Positions 9,134 through 17,264 of a stretch of 64,000 nt of DNA are shown here, piece by piece. A model generated the notes under the pieces. That model saw only the letters and a program-made list of their open reading frames with translations. It had not been told where the DNA came from and ran no database searches. Every line of letters begins with the position of its first letter. Positions within the stretch are counted from its first letter, which is position 1. The translations under genes were made by a program, and so were the position numbers. The DNA is from Bacilli bacterium (lineage in GTDB: Bacteria > Bacillota_I > Bacilli_A > RF39 > UBA660): positions 6,258-70,257 of the forward strand of contig JAFZWF010000008.1 of the NCBI GenBank assembly GCA_017617435.1, read 5' to 3'.

Positions 9134-11609
9134 AATCTGCAAAGAAATCATCGAAGAATTCATCATCAGATATTAAATTGTCATCAACGATAATACTATC
9201 AGAATCAACATTAATTTTAGGTTTATCACTGTTTGGAATATCTGATGCATCTAAAGTATCAACAACTTCATGTTTAGTTACTTCTGGTTTTATTGGTTCT
9301 GGTTTATTAATGTCAAAATCTAAAGTATCAATATTATTTAAATCAGTAATTGTTTCAACTTTTTCAGGTTTGTTAACAGCATCTGTTTTAGTTTCATTAA
9401 TGTTTTGATTAACATTAATAAATCTATCATCATTTGATTTGTTAATTTCTGGTTTTGTGATTGGTTCGTATACTCCAAGAGGACTATCTAAAACTTCGTC
9501 ATCATCAAGAAGTAAGAAATCATCATCCATATTATCAATATCATTTTTATCAAGTTGTTTATTTTCAACTTTAGGTGATGATTTACTATCATCTGATACT
9601 GTTTCTTCTACTTTATTAGTAGTATCTTCATCAAGAAGTAATGCTTGATTTTCTTTTTCAAGTTTCTCTTTTTCACGTTTTTCTTCTTCATCAAGTTCAG
9701 CTAAGCGTTTATCAATATCCTTCATCATTGCATCAATATCAATTGGTTTACCTGCGCCAAACGGATTAGAACTTGCTGATGGATTACGAGGAGCAAATGG
9801 ATTTGACCCAAATGGACTTCCACCAAATGGTCCACCAAATGGACTTGACATAAATGGATTTCCAGATGGCATTCCGTCTTCTCCATTTTCTTCCATTTGT
9901 TTTTGTTTATAATCCATTACAAACTTTTTAACATCGAAAAGTTCAACAGTATTTCTTGGCCTTACAGGATATTCTGTTTGAGGATATACTTTACCCCAGT
10001 TCATTTGGAAATCTGGAACTAATTTAGTTTTAAATGGATTACCTCTTTGTCTTATTAAAAGCATTTCAAATTGTTTCATTTTTTGTAGATCGGTTACAGA
10101 AATTAAAGGTCTTGTAGCACTTTTATCTTTTTCTTTTGCCTTAACTTCACCACAAAGTTTACTAATTTCTTCAAGAGCTGATAACTCAGTACTCATTAAG
10201 TAAACTAAATTACCACAGTTACCTTTAATTGTATCTCCAACTTCTTTAGTGTATACACTAGTAAGCTGCGAAAAGTTTTGAATAATAAAGGTAAATCTTA
10301 TTCTTCTTGAACGAGCAGCTGAAACCATTGAATCAACATCTTTTAGTGGTGGCATGTTTGCAAACTCATCTAAAATAAAGTTAGTACGATAGTTAAGTTT
10401 TCCACCATTTTCTTGAGCAACGTCGATTAATGTTTCATAACACTGTTTAATAAATATTGTTAAAAGTCCATGATATGTTTTCTTTTCATCATGTATTGTC
10501 ATGAATACTGCAGTTTTTTCACGGCCGATGCTTTTCATATCAAAATCACTTTGCGAAAGCATTTCGTTTAAACTATCACGTGATGAAAAAATTCTTATTT
10601 TTTGTCTAAAGGTTGATAGAATTGAACCTTTAGTATCAGTTGGTGCATTAATTGTATTACTTGCTAAAATATATGCATTTGAATCTTCACCTTTTGAAGT
10701 AAAGTAATCTTGTAAATATGTTTTAGGTCCAAATCTTTCTTCACCTAAAGCAGACATATAGTTAACAGATGATATATTAACTTCTTTAGGTTTAGCGTCC
10801 ATAAATAAACCAAGTGTTAAACCAGAAAAATAGTCAGCTGCTGAATCTTCCCAGAATGGTTCAGCTTTACTATTTGGATCTTTTAAAATATTCATTGCAA
10901 CGTCATCTAGAAGTTCTAGGGCTTTATCTTTATTACCAGCATGGTAATAATTATATGGCATTTCTAGAGGGTTCCAACAGTTTCCATGTTCTGGTTCACG
11001 GAAGTTAAGTAAAACAATGTTATAACCTTTTTCTTTTAACAAGGCAGCTGTTTGTTTATAAATTTCACCTTTTGGATCGGTGATAATCATTGATTCACCA
11101 TTTCTTGCTAAAAGTCTAACCATTGGTTTAACAATGGTTTCAGTTTTACCTGAACCAGTTGAACCAATAATTAAGTTATGGGTTTCACCATTATCAACGT
11201 AAATTTCTTTTCCGTTATTAATTAAAGTTATACCTGCTGCACTTATTTCGTTTGCTTTAGGATCAACTTTTTCTACACCTTTATCATTAATTATTTCTTT
11301 TTTAGTTCCCCACTGAGCATAACCATCAGATTCTTTTTTCTTAAAGTTGATTACTTTATCACCTTTTTTATCTTTACTAAAGATATAAGATGATACACTA
11401 GTAAATACTAATACTTCACCAGCAATAAAAAGACCAATAGTTACAGGTAAATATGGAGGAATAAAAGCTTTAAATGGTAATAAACCATAAAAAGACCCAT
11501 CACGTGAAAGTGATGAAAAATTTAAAACGGCTACACAACATAAATATAAAAGTAAAATTGAATAGCATATAAATATAATAAAGTCTTTTTTCTCTATTTT
11601 AAACTTCAA
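9132..11609 (-). CDS. Type IV coupling protein, VirD4/TraG/PcfC family, with long disordered C-terminal tail
   Basis: Two N-terminal TM helices. Walker A IIGSTGSGKTE, Walker B-type FILDEFANMPPL, and the RSRRIRFTFIIQNFSQL segment typical of the VirD4/TraG family. The last ~270 aa are low-complexity (PFG/NPF repeats, then acidic). Confidence 0.9.
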   Translation of the reverse strand: MKFKIEKKDFIIFICYSILLLYLCCVAVLNFSSLSRDGSFYGLLPFKAFIPPYLPVTIGLFIAGEVLVFTSVSSYIFSKDKKGDKVINFKKKESDGYAQWGTKKEIINDKGVEKVDPKANEISAAGITLINNGKEIYVDNGETHNLIIGSTGSGKTETIVKPMVRLLARNGESMIITDPKGEIYKQTAALLKEKGYNIVLLNFREPEHGNCWNPLEMPYNYYHAGNKDKALELLDDVAMNILKDPNSKAEPFWEDSAADYFSGLTLGLFMDAKPKEVNISSVNYMSALGEERFGPKTYLQDYFTSKGEDSNAYILASNTINAPTDTKGSILSTFRQKIRIFSSRDSLNEMLSQSDFDMKSIGREKTAVFMTIHDEKKTYHGLLTIFIKQCYETLIDVAQENGGKLNYRTNFILDEFANMPPLKDVDSMVSAARSRRIRFTFIIQNFSQLTSVYTKEVGDTIKGNCGNLVYLMSTELSALEEISKLCGEVKAKEKDKSATRPLISVTDLQKMKQFEMLLIRQRGNPFKTKLVPDFQMNWGKVYPQTEYPVRPRNTVELFDVKKFVMDYKQKQMEENGEDGMPSGNPFMSSPFGGPFGGSPFGSNPFAPRNPSASSNPFGAGKPIDIDAMMKDIDKRLAELDEEEKREKEKLEKENQALLLDEDTTNKVEETVSDDSKSSPKVENKQLDKNDIDNMDDDFLLLDDDEVLDSPLGVYEPITKPEINKSNDDRFINVNQNINETKTDAVNKPEKVETITDLNNIDTLDFDINKPEPIKPEVTKHEVVDTLDASDIPNSDKPKINVDSDSIIVDDNLISDDEFFDDFFAD

Positions 11610-11638
11610 TTTAAATTCCTCCGTTTATATTTTATTTA

Positions 11639-12361
11639 TTACATATTATTAATTTTATTCCTAAAAAATATTATACCAAATAGTACTATAAAAAACAAAC
11701 CTGATAATATTGCAATTAAGATATAATTTGTCTTTATTTTATTTTCACTTTTGCTAGTATTATTTTGTTTATTGTCATCTTGAGCACTTTTCTTAGAAGG
11801 TGCACCTTTTTTGTAATCAGGATTTTCTATTTCTATATTTATTGCTCTGTCTTGACCTTTTTTTATAGTCCAAGTATAAACACCATCTTTAACGCTATCA
11901 GCATTATGATTATGAACTTCCTTTGATGTTTTAATATTTATAGTTATTTTTGACAATGAAGGATATTCATCAAAGCATTTAAAATCTGCTAAAGTGTTTA
12001 TTCGTAAATACTTTCCTTCTATGTATCTAAATGATGGAAAACATTTATAGCCAGCGCGAGTATCAAAAAAGTTATCTTTAAATTTGTAATTATACGTAAT
12101 TAAACCATTATCACTTAACAAAGAATCATAATAATCAATATATGTTGGGTAACCTTCATCAGGATCTAAACTATCACTTAGATGGGCAGTATAAAACTCA
12201 TTTTTTTCAAAAGAAGATTTGTATGTATTTGCTTCATCATCATTTTCGGGAATTAATTTAATTGTTTCGTTAAAATCATCGTCAACATCTAAATTGTAGA
12301 CAACTTCACAACCACACAACATAATAACAGAAACAATTAAGATAAATATTTTATATTTCAT
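11639..12361 (-). CDS. Lipoprotein with additional C-terminal TM anchor (sits at the pCF10 PrgL/VirB8 position)
   Basis: Lipobox MLCGC and a C-terminal TM helix (ILIAILSGLFFIVLFGIIFF). The VirB8 analogy is positional only; no sequence support. Confidence 0.6.
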   Translation of the reverse strand: MKYKIFILIVSVIMLCGCEVVYNLDVDDDFNETIKLIPENDDEANTYKSSFEKNEFYTAHLSDSLDPDEGYPTYIDYYDSLLSDNGLITYNYKFKDNFFDTRAGYKCFPSFRYIEGKYLRINTLADFKCFDEYPSLSKITINIKTSKEVHNHNADSVKDGVYTWTIKKGQDRAINIEIENPDYKKGAPSKKSAQDDNKQNNTSKSENKIKTNYILIAILSGLFFIVLFGIIFFRNKINNM

Positions 12362-12364
12362 ATA

Positions 12365-14512
12365 TTACCCTTCCCATTTTATTAATCCATCATTAAATAC
12401 TTGGTCAAAGTTGCTATACTTTGGTGCATTTTCATAATAATAATCTAAATGTGCAACTTTAAACTTACTTAAATATTCAGAATTATCTTTTATAGATAGT
12501 CTATTAGCCATCAAACCTTCAGATTCATCAATTATAGTATAAATTTCATTTTCAATATCAACATCGACAATTAATGCTACATGGTGGTGCAATTTCATTT
12601 TTCCATTTTTATCTGGATAATTACCATATTTTACAAGCAAGTCTCCAGGCTGCGCAGGTTGAGAAAAATCATTATAGCTTGTAAGAGTAATGTGATTATT
12701 AGATGCATTTTCTATATATTCTTTTGAGGACATTCGAGGCACATTCAAGCCTCCATTATGAAGTGCCCAGTTTGCTGATCCTGAACAATCTAATCCTAGA
12801 TAATAGAACCAATCACCATTTTCATTTTGTGTAGGTGAACCTAATTCTACACCATAATAAGGATTAATTCCATAAAAATTGTCAGTATCCTTTGCTATTA
12901 ATTTTCCGGATTTATCATAAAAAGTATCATGTCCACCTCTATACATGTATGTAACTTTTTTGTTATATTGAGCTAAAGCGTTAATTTGGAATTTCGCAGC
13001 ATTTACTACAGCTTTTCTTGTACCAACTCCAGATTGTTTTATTTGATCTAATAGCTGTTTATTTATGTCTTCTATAGAAGATCCGTTTTCTTTTAATGTT
13101 ACTGCTAAAGCTGTTTTTTCTTGTTTTTCAAAATTTACTCTATTTTTAATTGCATCATCTATATTTAATGTAATTATTCTTTCTGGACATTGATTTGGGC
13201 TTTCTGTAGAAGAAATTGTATCAGGTCCAAGATCGAAAATTCTTTTTCTTATTGATAATATTGTTTTAGTTTGATATAGAGAATATGCTCGTTGATCTAA
13301 GTTTGATTCTTCATACCAATACATTCTGTAATTTTCAGGAGGCATATTTCTTAATGTGCGAATAACACCAGTATTGCCTTCACAAGAGCTTTTGATTACT
13401 TCAGCACGATCTGACCTTCCTAATTTAACCAGTTGTTCTTCTACTACTCTTGAGTAACAACAAGCACCTAATCCTTCATCAGAACATACTACATCTTTAT
13501 CTGTATAATATGCAACATCATCATTCACCCATTCATCGTTTAACCAAGCATATATGCCAAACACATAAGAATAGTTAGTGCTTCCTACGGTATTTCTTAC
13601 AATCCATTTAAAAAATGAATTATTTAAATTATCATTATAAACTCCGTCCATTACAGTTGAAAATCCAGCACATTTAACTAGTTCTTCTCCATTTCCGCAT
13701 CCCATACCATAAAAATTGTTTTTGTACTCAAGACTTGGAATGCATCCAGGGACATAACCTTCAGCTTCAGCTCTTAAAAATATTATTTCGGGGTTAAGAT
13801 TTAATCCTGTTGCTACATCATATATTTCACCAGCTTTATCTGCAAGTTTACTATATGCTTTACGAACTTGTTGTGTAGTACATACTTTGTTTCCAGAAGG
13901 TTGATAAGCATTAACTTTTTCAATAAATTCGCTTCTTGTGTATGGAGTTTGTTTACCAAGAATCATATCTTCGGCAGTCCCTGAGTTTTGAGTTACACAC
14001 TTATAAGTTGTATTAGGAGCAGATCGATTAATAAATCCAGTTGATTCATCTGCATATACTGTTACACTAACCGAAGAAGATATAACAACAAAAATAATTG
14101 CAATTAATAAAAATGATAATATGCCTATACCAACAAAAATTATTTTTGATTTTAGTGTGGGATTAAATAATCCATTTCCAGACATTTTAAATATGTTGGG
14201 AAGACGACCATTATTGTTTGATTCATTGGAAGAATTGACATTTAATGGGTTTGGATTGTTATCTAAGCCTTGTTGATCTGTTTCATTTATAGGTCTGCCA
14301 TAATTATTCATCCAATTAATCATGCCACCACCATATGAATTATGTCTATATGATTTACGAGAATATTGATTTTTCTTATTTAAGCTTGCATTTGAATTGT
14401 TTTTATTAAGGTTATTTTGATAACTATTGAATTGTGAATCATTACTATTTTTGTTGAATGTTTTTTGAGTGTTTAAATTGGAATTATTATTTTGTTTCAA
14501 ATGATTCACCAC
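12365..14512 (-). CDS. T4SS-associated cell-wall hydrolase: C-terminal NlpC/P60 endopeptidase, possible GH73/lysozyme-like middle domain
   Basis: NlpC/P60 signature LGLDCSGSANWAL...PGDLL...HHVALIV. Middle segment AEAEG...NNFYGMG resembles glucosaminidase/muramidase motifs. Asn-rich N-terminus followed by one TM helix. The real start may be the TTG about 12 nt downstream of the tracked GTG. Confidence 0.85.
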   Translation of the reverse strand: MVNHLKQNNNSNLNTQKTFNKNSNDSQFNSYQNNLNKNNSNASLNKKNQYSRKSYRHNSYGGGMINWMNNYGRPINETDQQGLDNNPNPLNVNSSNESNNNGRLPNIFKMSGNGLFNPTLKSKIIFVGIGILSFLLIAIIFVVISSSVSVTVYADESTGFINRSAPNTTYKCVTQNSGTAEDMILGKQTPYTRSEFIEKVNAYQPSGNKVCTTQQVRKAYSKLADKAGEIYDVATGLNLNPEIIFLRAEAEGYVPGCIPSLEYKNNFYGMGCGNGEELVKCAGFSTVMDGVYNDNLNNSFFKWIVRNTVGSTNYSYVFGIYAWLNDEWVNDDVAYYTDKDVVCSDEGLGACCYSRVVEEQLVKLGRSDRAEVIKSSCEGNTGVIRTLRNMPPENYRMYWYEESNLDQRAYSLYQTKTILSIRKRIFDLGPDTISSTESPNQCPERIITLNIDDAIKNRVNFEKQEKTALAVTLKENGSSIEDINKQLLDQIKQSGVGTRKAVVNAAKFQINALAQYNKKVTYMYRGGHDTFYDKSGKLIAKDTDNFYGINPYYGVELGSPTQNENGDWFYYLGLDCSGSANWALHNGGLNVPRMSSKEYIENASNNHITLTSYNDFSQPAQPGDLLVKYGNYPDKNGKMKLHHHVALIVDVDIENEIYTIIDESEGLMANRLSIKDNSEYLSKFKVAHLDYYYENAPKYSNFDQVFNDGLIKWEG

Positions 14513-14573
14513 CTTTATGATATTTTATAACAAAATAATTATAACATATCTTGATAAAATATGATATTCAAAT

Positions 14574-14600
14574 AAAGAAAAAAGCACTTTTTATAGTGCT
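14574..14600 (-). terminator. Rho-independent terminator or attenuator after VirB4
   Basis: Hairpin agcact-ttttat-agtgct overlapping the stop codon, followed by a T-run on the minus strand. A TGnTATAAT-like extended -10 lies downstream, before the hydrolase gene. Confidence 0.6.
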
Positions 14601-16384
14601 TAAAATCCTCCACCTGATCCAAATGAATCAAGTTCTTCTTGAGTTGCAACAACAGATATTCTCATACGTCTTGAACCACAAACGAATAATCCTTCACCTT
14701 GGTTGTAAAACTTAATACCTTCTTTTTCACTTTCATTTAAATCTATTAATTGAGCTAAATCATCAACAGCTTGTTTCTTTAGACCCATTACTAAATAATA
14801 TGAAGCGTTATCAAAGATTGCTTTACCATGCATTATCATGTTTGGTGCAGCAAAGTCTGTTGGTTGTTGCGTAATAATTATTGTACCAGTGTTATACTTA
14901 CGACTACGTCTTTGAATTTGTGCTAAGAATTCAGCACCAAGTTCATTATGACTTGAAAGTAAAACATGAGCTTCATCAACATAAAGAATTGTGTTTACAT
15001 CTTTATCAAGGCATAAGCCCCATGCATATTTCAAAATGTTGAAGAATAATGCATTTTTAATATTTTCATCACTATTCATTATTTCTCTTATATTAAATAC
15101 AATATAATCTGATTGAATATCTAGAGAAGTATGACCAGTGAAATAATATCTTAATTCTTTAACTAATGGTCTAATCTTAAGCTCAAGTCTTTCCATAATA
15201 TCTTTTTCTTGAGTATGATCAGTCATAGATAAAAGTCTACCTTTGATAGTTGCATATACATCATCAAATGTTGGATAATCATTTGATGTAAATTGTGTAA
15301 AATCACTATCAAAATCTATTTTATATCTTTTATATGTATCTTGAACTACTTCACTAAACATTGTAAGAACATCTTCTTCAATAGATGGTGAATAGTATTT
15401 CATAAATGCTTTTAACTCCTGAAGTGTACGAGTTAAAATTGTATAACCTAAACCTTGTTGAATTTCTTCTTCATCAGCATCAAGAACAATTTCAAGTGGA
15501 TTGATCATTCCGAAATCTCCACCTTTACCTAAACTGATAAAGTCTCCACCAAAGTTTTTAGTCATTTCTTCTTGCTCACCTTCTGGGTCAATACATACAA
15601 CTTTGCAGTTATTTCTTAGATGAGTTCTAAGAAGTAGTTTTGCAGCAGTTGATTTACCTGAACCAGATGTACCAAGTAAAATCATGTTAGCATTATTTCT
15701 ATTATGTTCTTTTTTAATTTGATATAAGAATTGGTTAAATAGTACAATACCACCTGAAAAATCTATACCAAATAAACATGAATCTCCTGGATCTTTAATG
15801 CTATCAAATATAAATGGATACATTGCAGCAATTGTTGGAGATGGAATTGGAGTTCCAATTCTATTTTCAATATCTTGTTTAGGGAATATTGGAACAATTG
15901 ATTTTAATGCTTTTTCTTGTTCAAACATTAAAGATACTGCACGCATACCCATTGCATCAAGATATCCACGAACTTGCATTTTTTTAAGTTCTAGATCTTC
16001 TTTATTATCTCCAGTTATCATTAAATGTAATTGGAAATCATATATTTTTGATTGCGTTGCAGCAAGCATAGATACAAATGATTGTAGAGACTCTATATCA
16101 AGACGATATTTTTCTTGCATTGTGTTATCTCTTTCATGTTGATATCTTTCTTTTAAATCTGCAATTTCTTTATTAATCATTTTTTGCATTGATGAAAATG
16201 CGATTGGAATATGTTTTACAACAGCTTTAACTCCTGATATAGAAGTTATACCTGCAAGATAACCTACACCTATTTGTTTTGGATATGTAACAACAGTCAT
16301 GATAGTACAATATTTTCCACTAATCATAAAATCTGTTGGATTAAATTGCATACCTTTAGGTGCTACTTCAGCTTTTAATAACAT
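14600..16384 (-). CDS. VirB4/PrgJ/TcpF-family T4SS ATPase, C-terminal (ATPase) part
   Basis: Walker A LLGTSGSGKST and Walker B ILYVDEAH. Length and segment order match residues about 190-end of single-chain Firmicute VirB4 proteins. Confidence 0.9.
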   Translation of the reverse strand: MLLKAEVAPKGMQFNPTDFMISGKYCTIMTVVTYPKQIGVGYLAGITSISGVKAVVKHIPIAFSSMQKMINKEIADLKERYQHERDNTMQEKYRLDIESLQSFVSMLAATQSKIYDFQLHLMITGDNKEDLELKKMQVRGYLDAMGMRAVSLMFEQEKALKSIVPIFPKQDIENRIGTPIPSPTIAAMYPFIFDSIKDPGDSCLFGIDFSGGIVLFNQFLYQIKKEHNRNNANMILLGTSGSGKSTAAKLLLRTHLRNNCKVVCIDPEGEQEEMTKNFGGDFISLGKGGDFGMINPLEIVLDADEEEIQQGLGYTILTRTLQELKAFMKYYSPSIEEDVLTMFSEVVQDTYKRYKIDFDSDFTQFTSNDYPTFDDVYATIKGRLLSMTDHTQEKDIMERLELKIRPLVKELRYYFTGHTSLDIQSDYIVFNIREIMNSDENIKNALFFNILKYAWGLCLDKDVNTILYVDEAHVLLSSHNELGAEFLAQIQRRSRKYNTGTIIITQQPTDFAAPNMIMHGKAIFDNASYYLVMGLKKQAVDDLAQLIDLNESEKEGIKFYNQGEGLFVCGSRRMRISVVATQEELDSFGSGGGF

Positions 16385-16953
16385 TATGCACTCACCGTCC
16401 CTAATGTAGTTTTATTTCCCCCATTAAAGAAATTATCAAGAAGCATTCTTAAATCATCATTTGATGTTTGAGAAGCACTTAAACCACATGATGCAAATCC
16501 AGATATTAGTGCATGTAATCTTTTTTGTACAATTTCACTTTTCTTTTCTTTAAATAAAATGAAATATTCTGTATCAACAACATTATATTCAGCTGACATA
16601 AAATCATTTGCTTTATTTATGTCTTGCATTATTAATTTTCTTGAAAAGCTATCATGAGTGTTATTGTATTGTATTTGAAGATTTGCAAGATATACATTAA
16701 TATCAACAGGTCTATCTGCAATAATTAACCAGAATTCGTAATCTAGTGAATTATAAAAATTTCTTAGATCATATATAATTCTTTGTTGTTCAGTTTTTTC
16801 AAGCATAAAAATGTTTTTTGGTAAAACTTTAACGCCTGTTACGAAATATCCATCATCTGTTGATATCATACCATTCATTATTTTTTTAACTGGTAACCAA
16901 TCTTCAGAATACTGAGATGTAGCAACTTTACTTTTCATCTTCATTAGTAACAC
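16384..16953 (-). CDS. VirB4/PrgJ-family N-terminal domain encoded as a separate ORF
   Basis: 189 aa. The DWLPVKKIMNGMI...GYFVTGVKVLPKNIF pattern matches Firmicute VirB4 N-termini. Its stop overlaps the next start as TAATG at 16382-16386. Confidence 0.75.
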   Translation of the reverse strand: MLLMKMKSKVATSQYSEDWLPVKKIMNGMISTDDGYFVTGVKVLPKNIFMLEKTEQQRIIYDLRNFYNSLDYEFWLIIADRPVDINVYLANLQIQYNNTHDSFSRKLIMQDINKANDFMSAEYNVVDTEYFILFKEKKSEIVQKRLHALISGFASCGLSASQTSNDDLRMLLDNFFNGGNKTTLGTVSA

Positions 16954-17245
16954 ACCAACCTTTCCAATAATATCTTCTTCTAGAAGTTATAAAATTAAAT
17001 ATATTAGCTATTAATTGCATTATATTATGATAATAAGGAACCGGTAAAACAAGGAATGTAGATATTAAACCAGGGGTAACAATTAATAATAATACTTTAA
17101 AACTAGATGTATGAATAATTGCTAAAGCAATCATTGATATAACAATTCCTGTTGCAAACACTGCTAAATCTATTGGTGTAAAGAAACCAAGTATTAAACT
17201 AGATTTTTTTGAGTTTGCAGGAATTAAATAACCATTATCGTCCAC
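16928..17245 (-). CDS. PrgI/VirB3-like small T4SS membrane protein
   Basis: 105 aa with two TM helices and a basic C-terminus (RRRYYWKGW). Sits immediately upstream of VirB4, as prgI-prgJ or orf17-orf16 do. Confidence 0.6.
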   Translation of the reverse strand: MDDNGYLIPANSKKSSLILGFFTPIDLAVFATGIVISMIALAIIHTSSFKVLLLIVTPGLISTFLVLPVPYYHNIMQLIANIFNFITSRRRYYWKGWCVTNEDEK

Positions 17246-17264
17246 TTTTTATTCCCTCCTTGTT

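Noticed and set aside
11639-12361. Calling the 240-aa lipoprotein a VirB8/PrgL/TcpC homologue.
   Set aside because: It occupies the PrgL position, but it has a lipobox plus a C-terminal TM instead of an N-terminal TM. I see no sequence motif supporting an NTF2-like VirB8 fold. The analogy is positional only.
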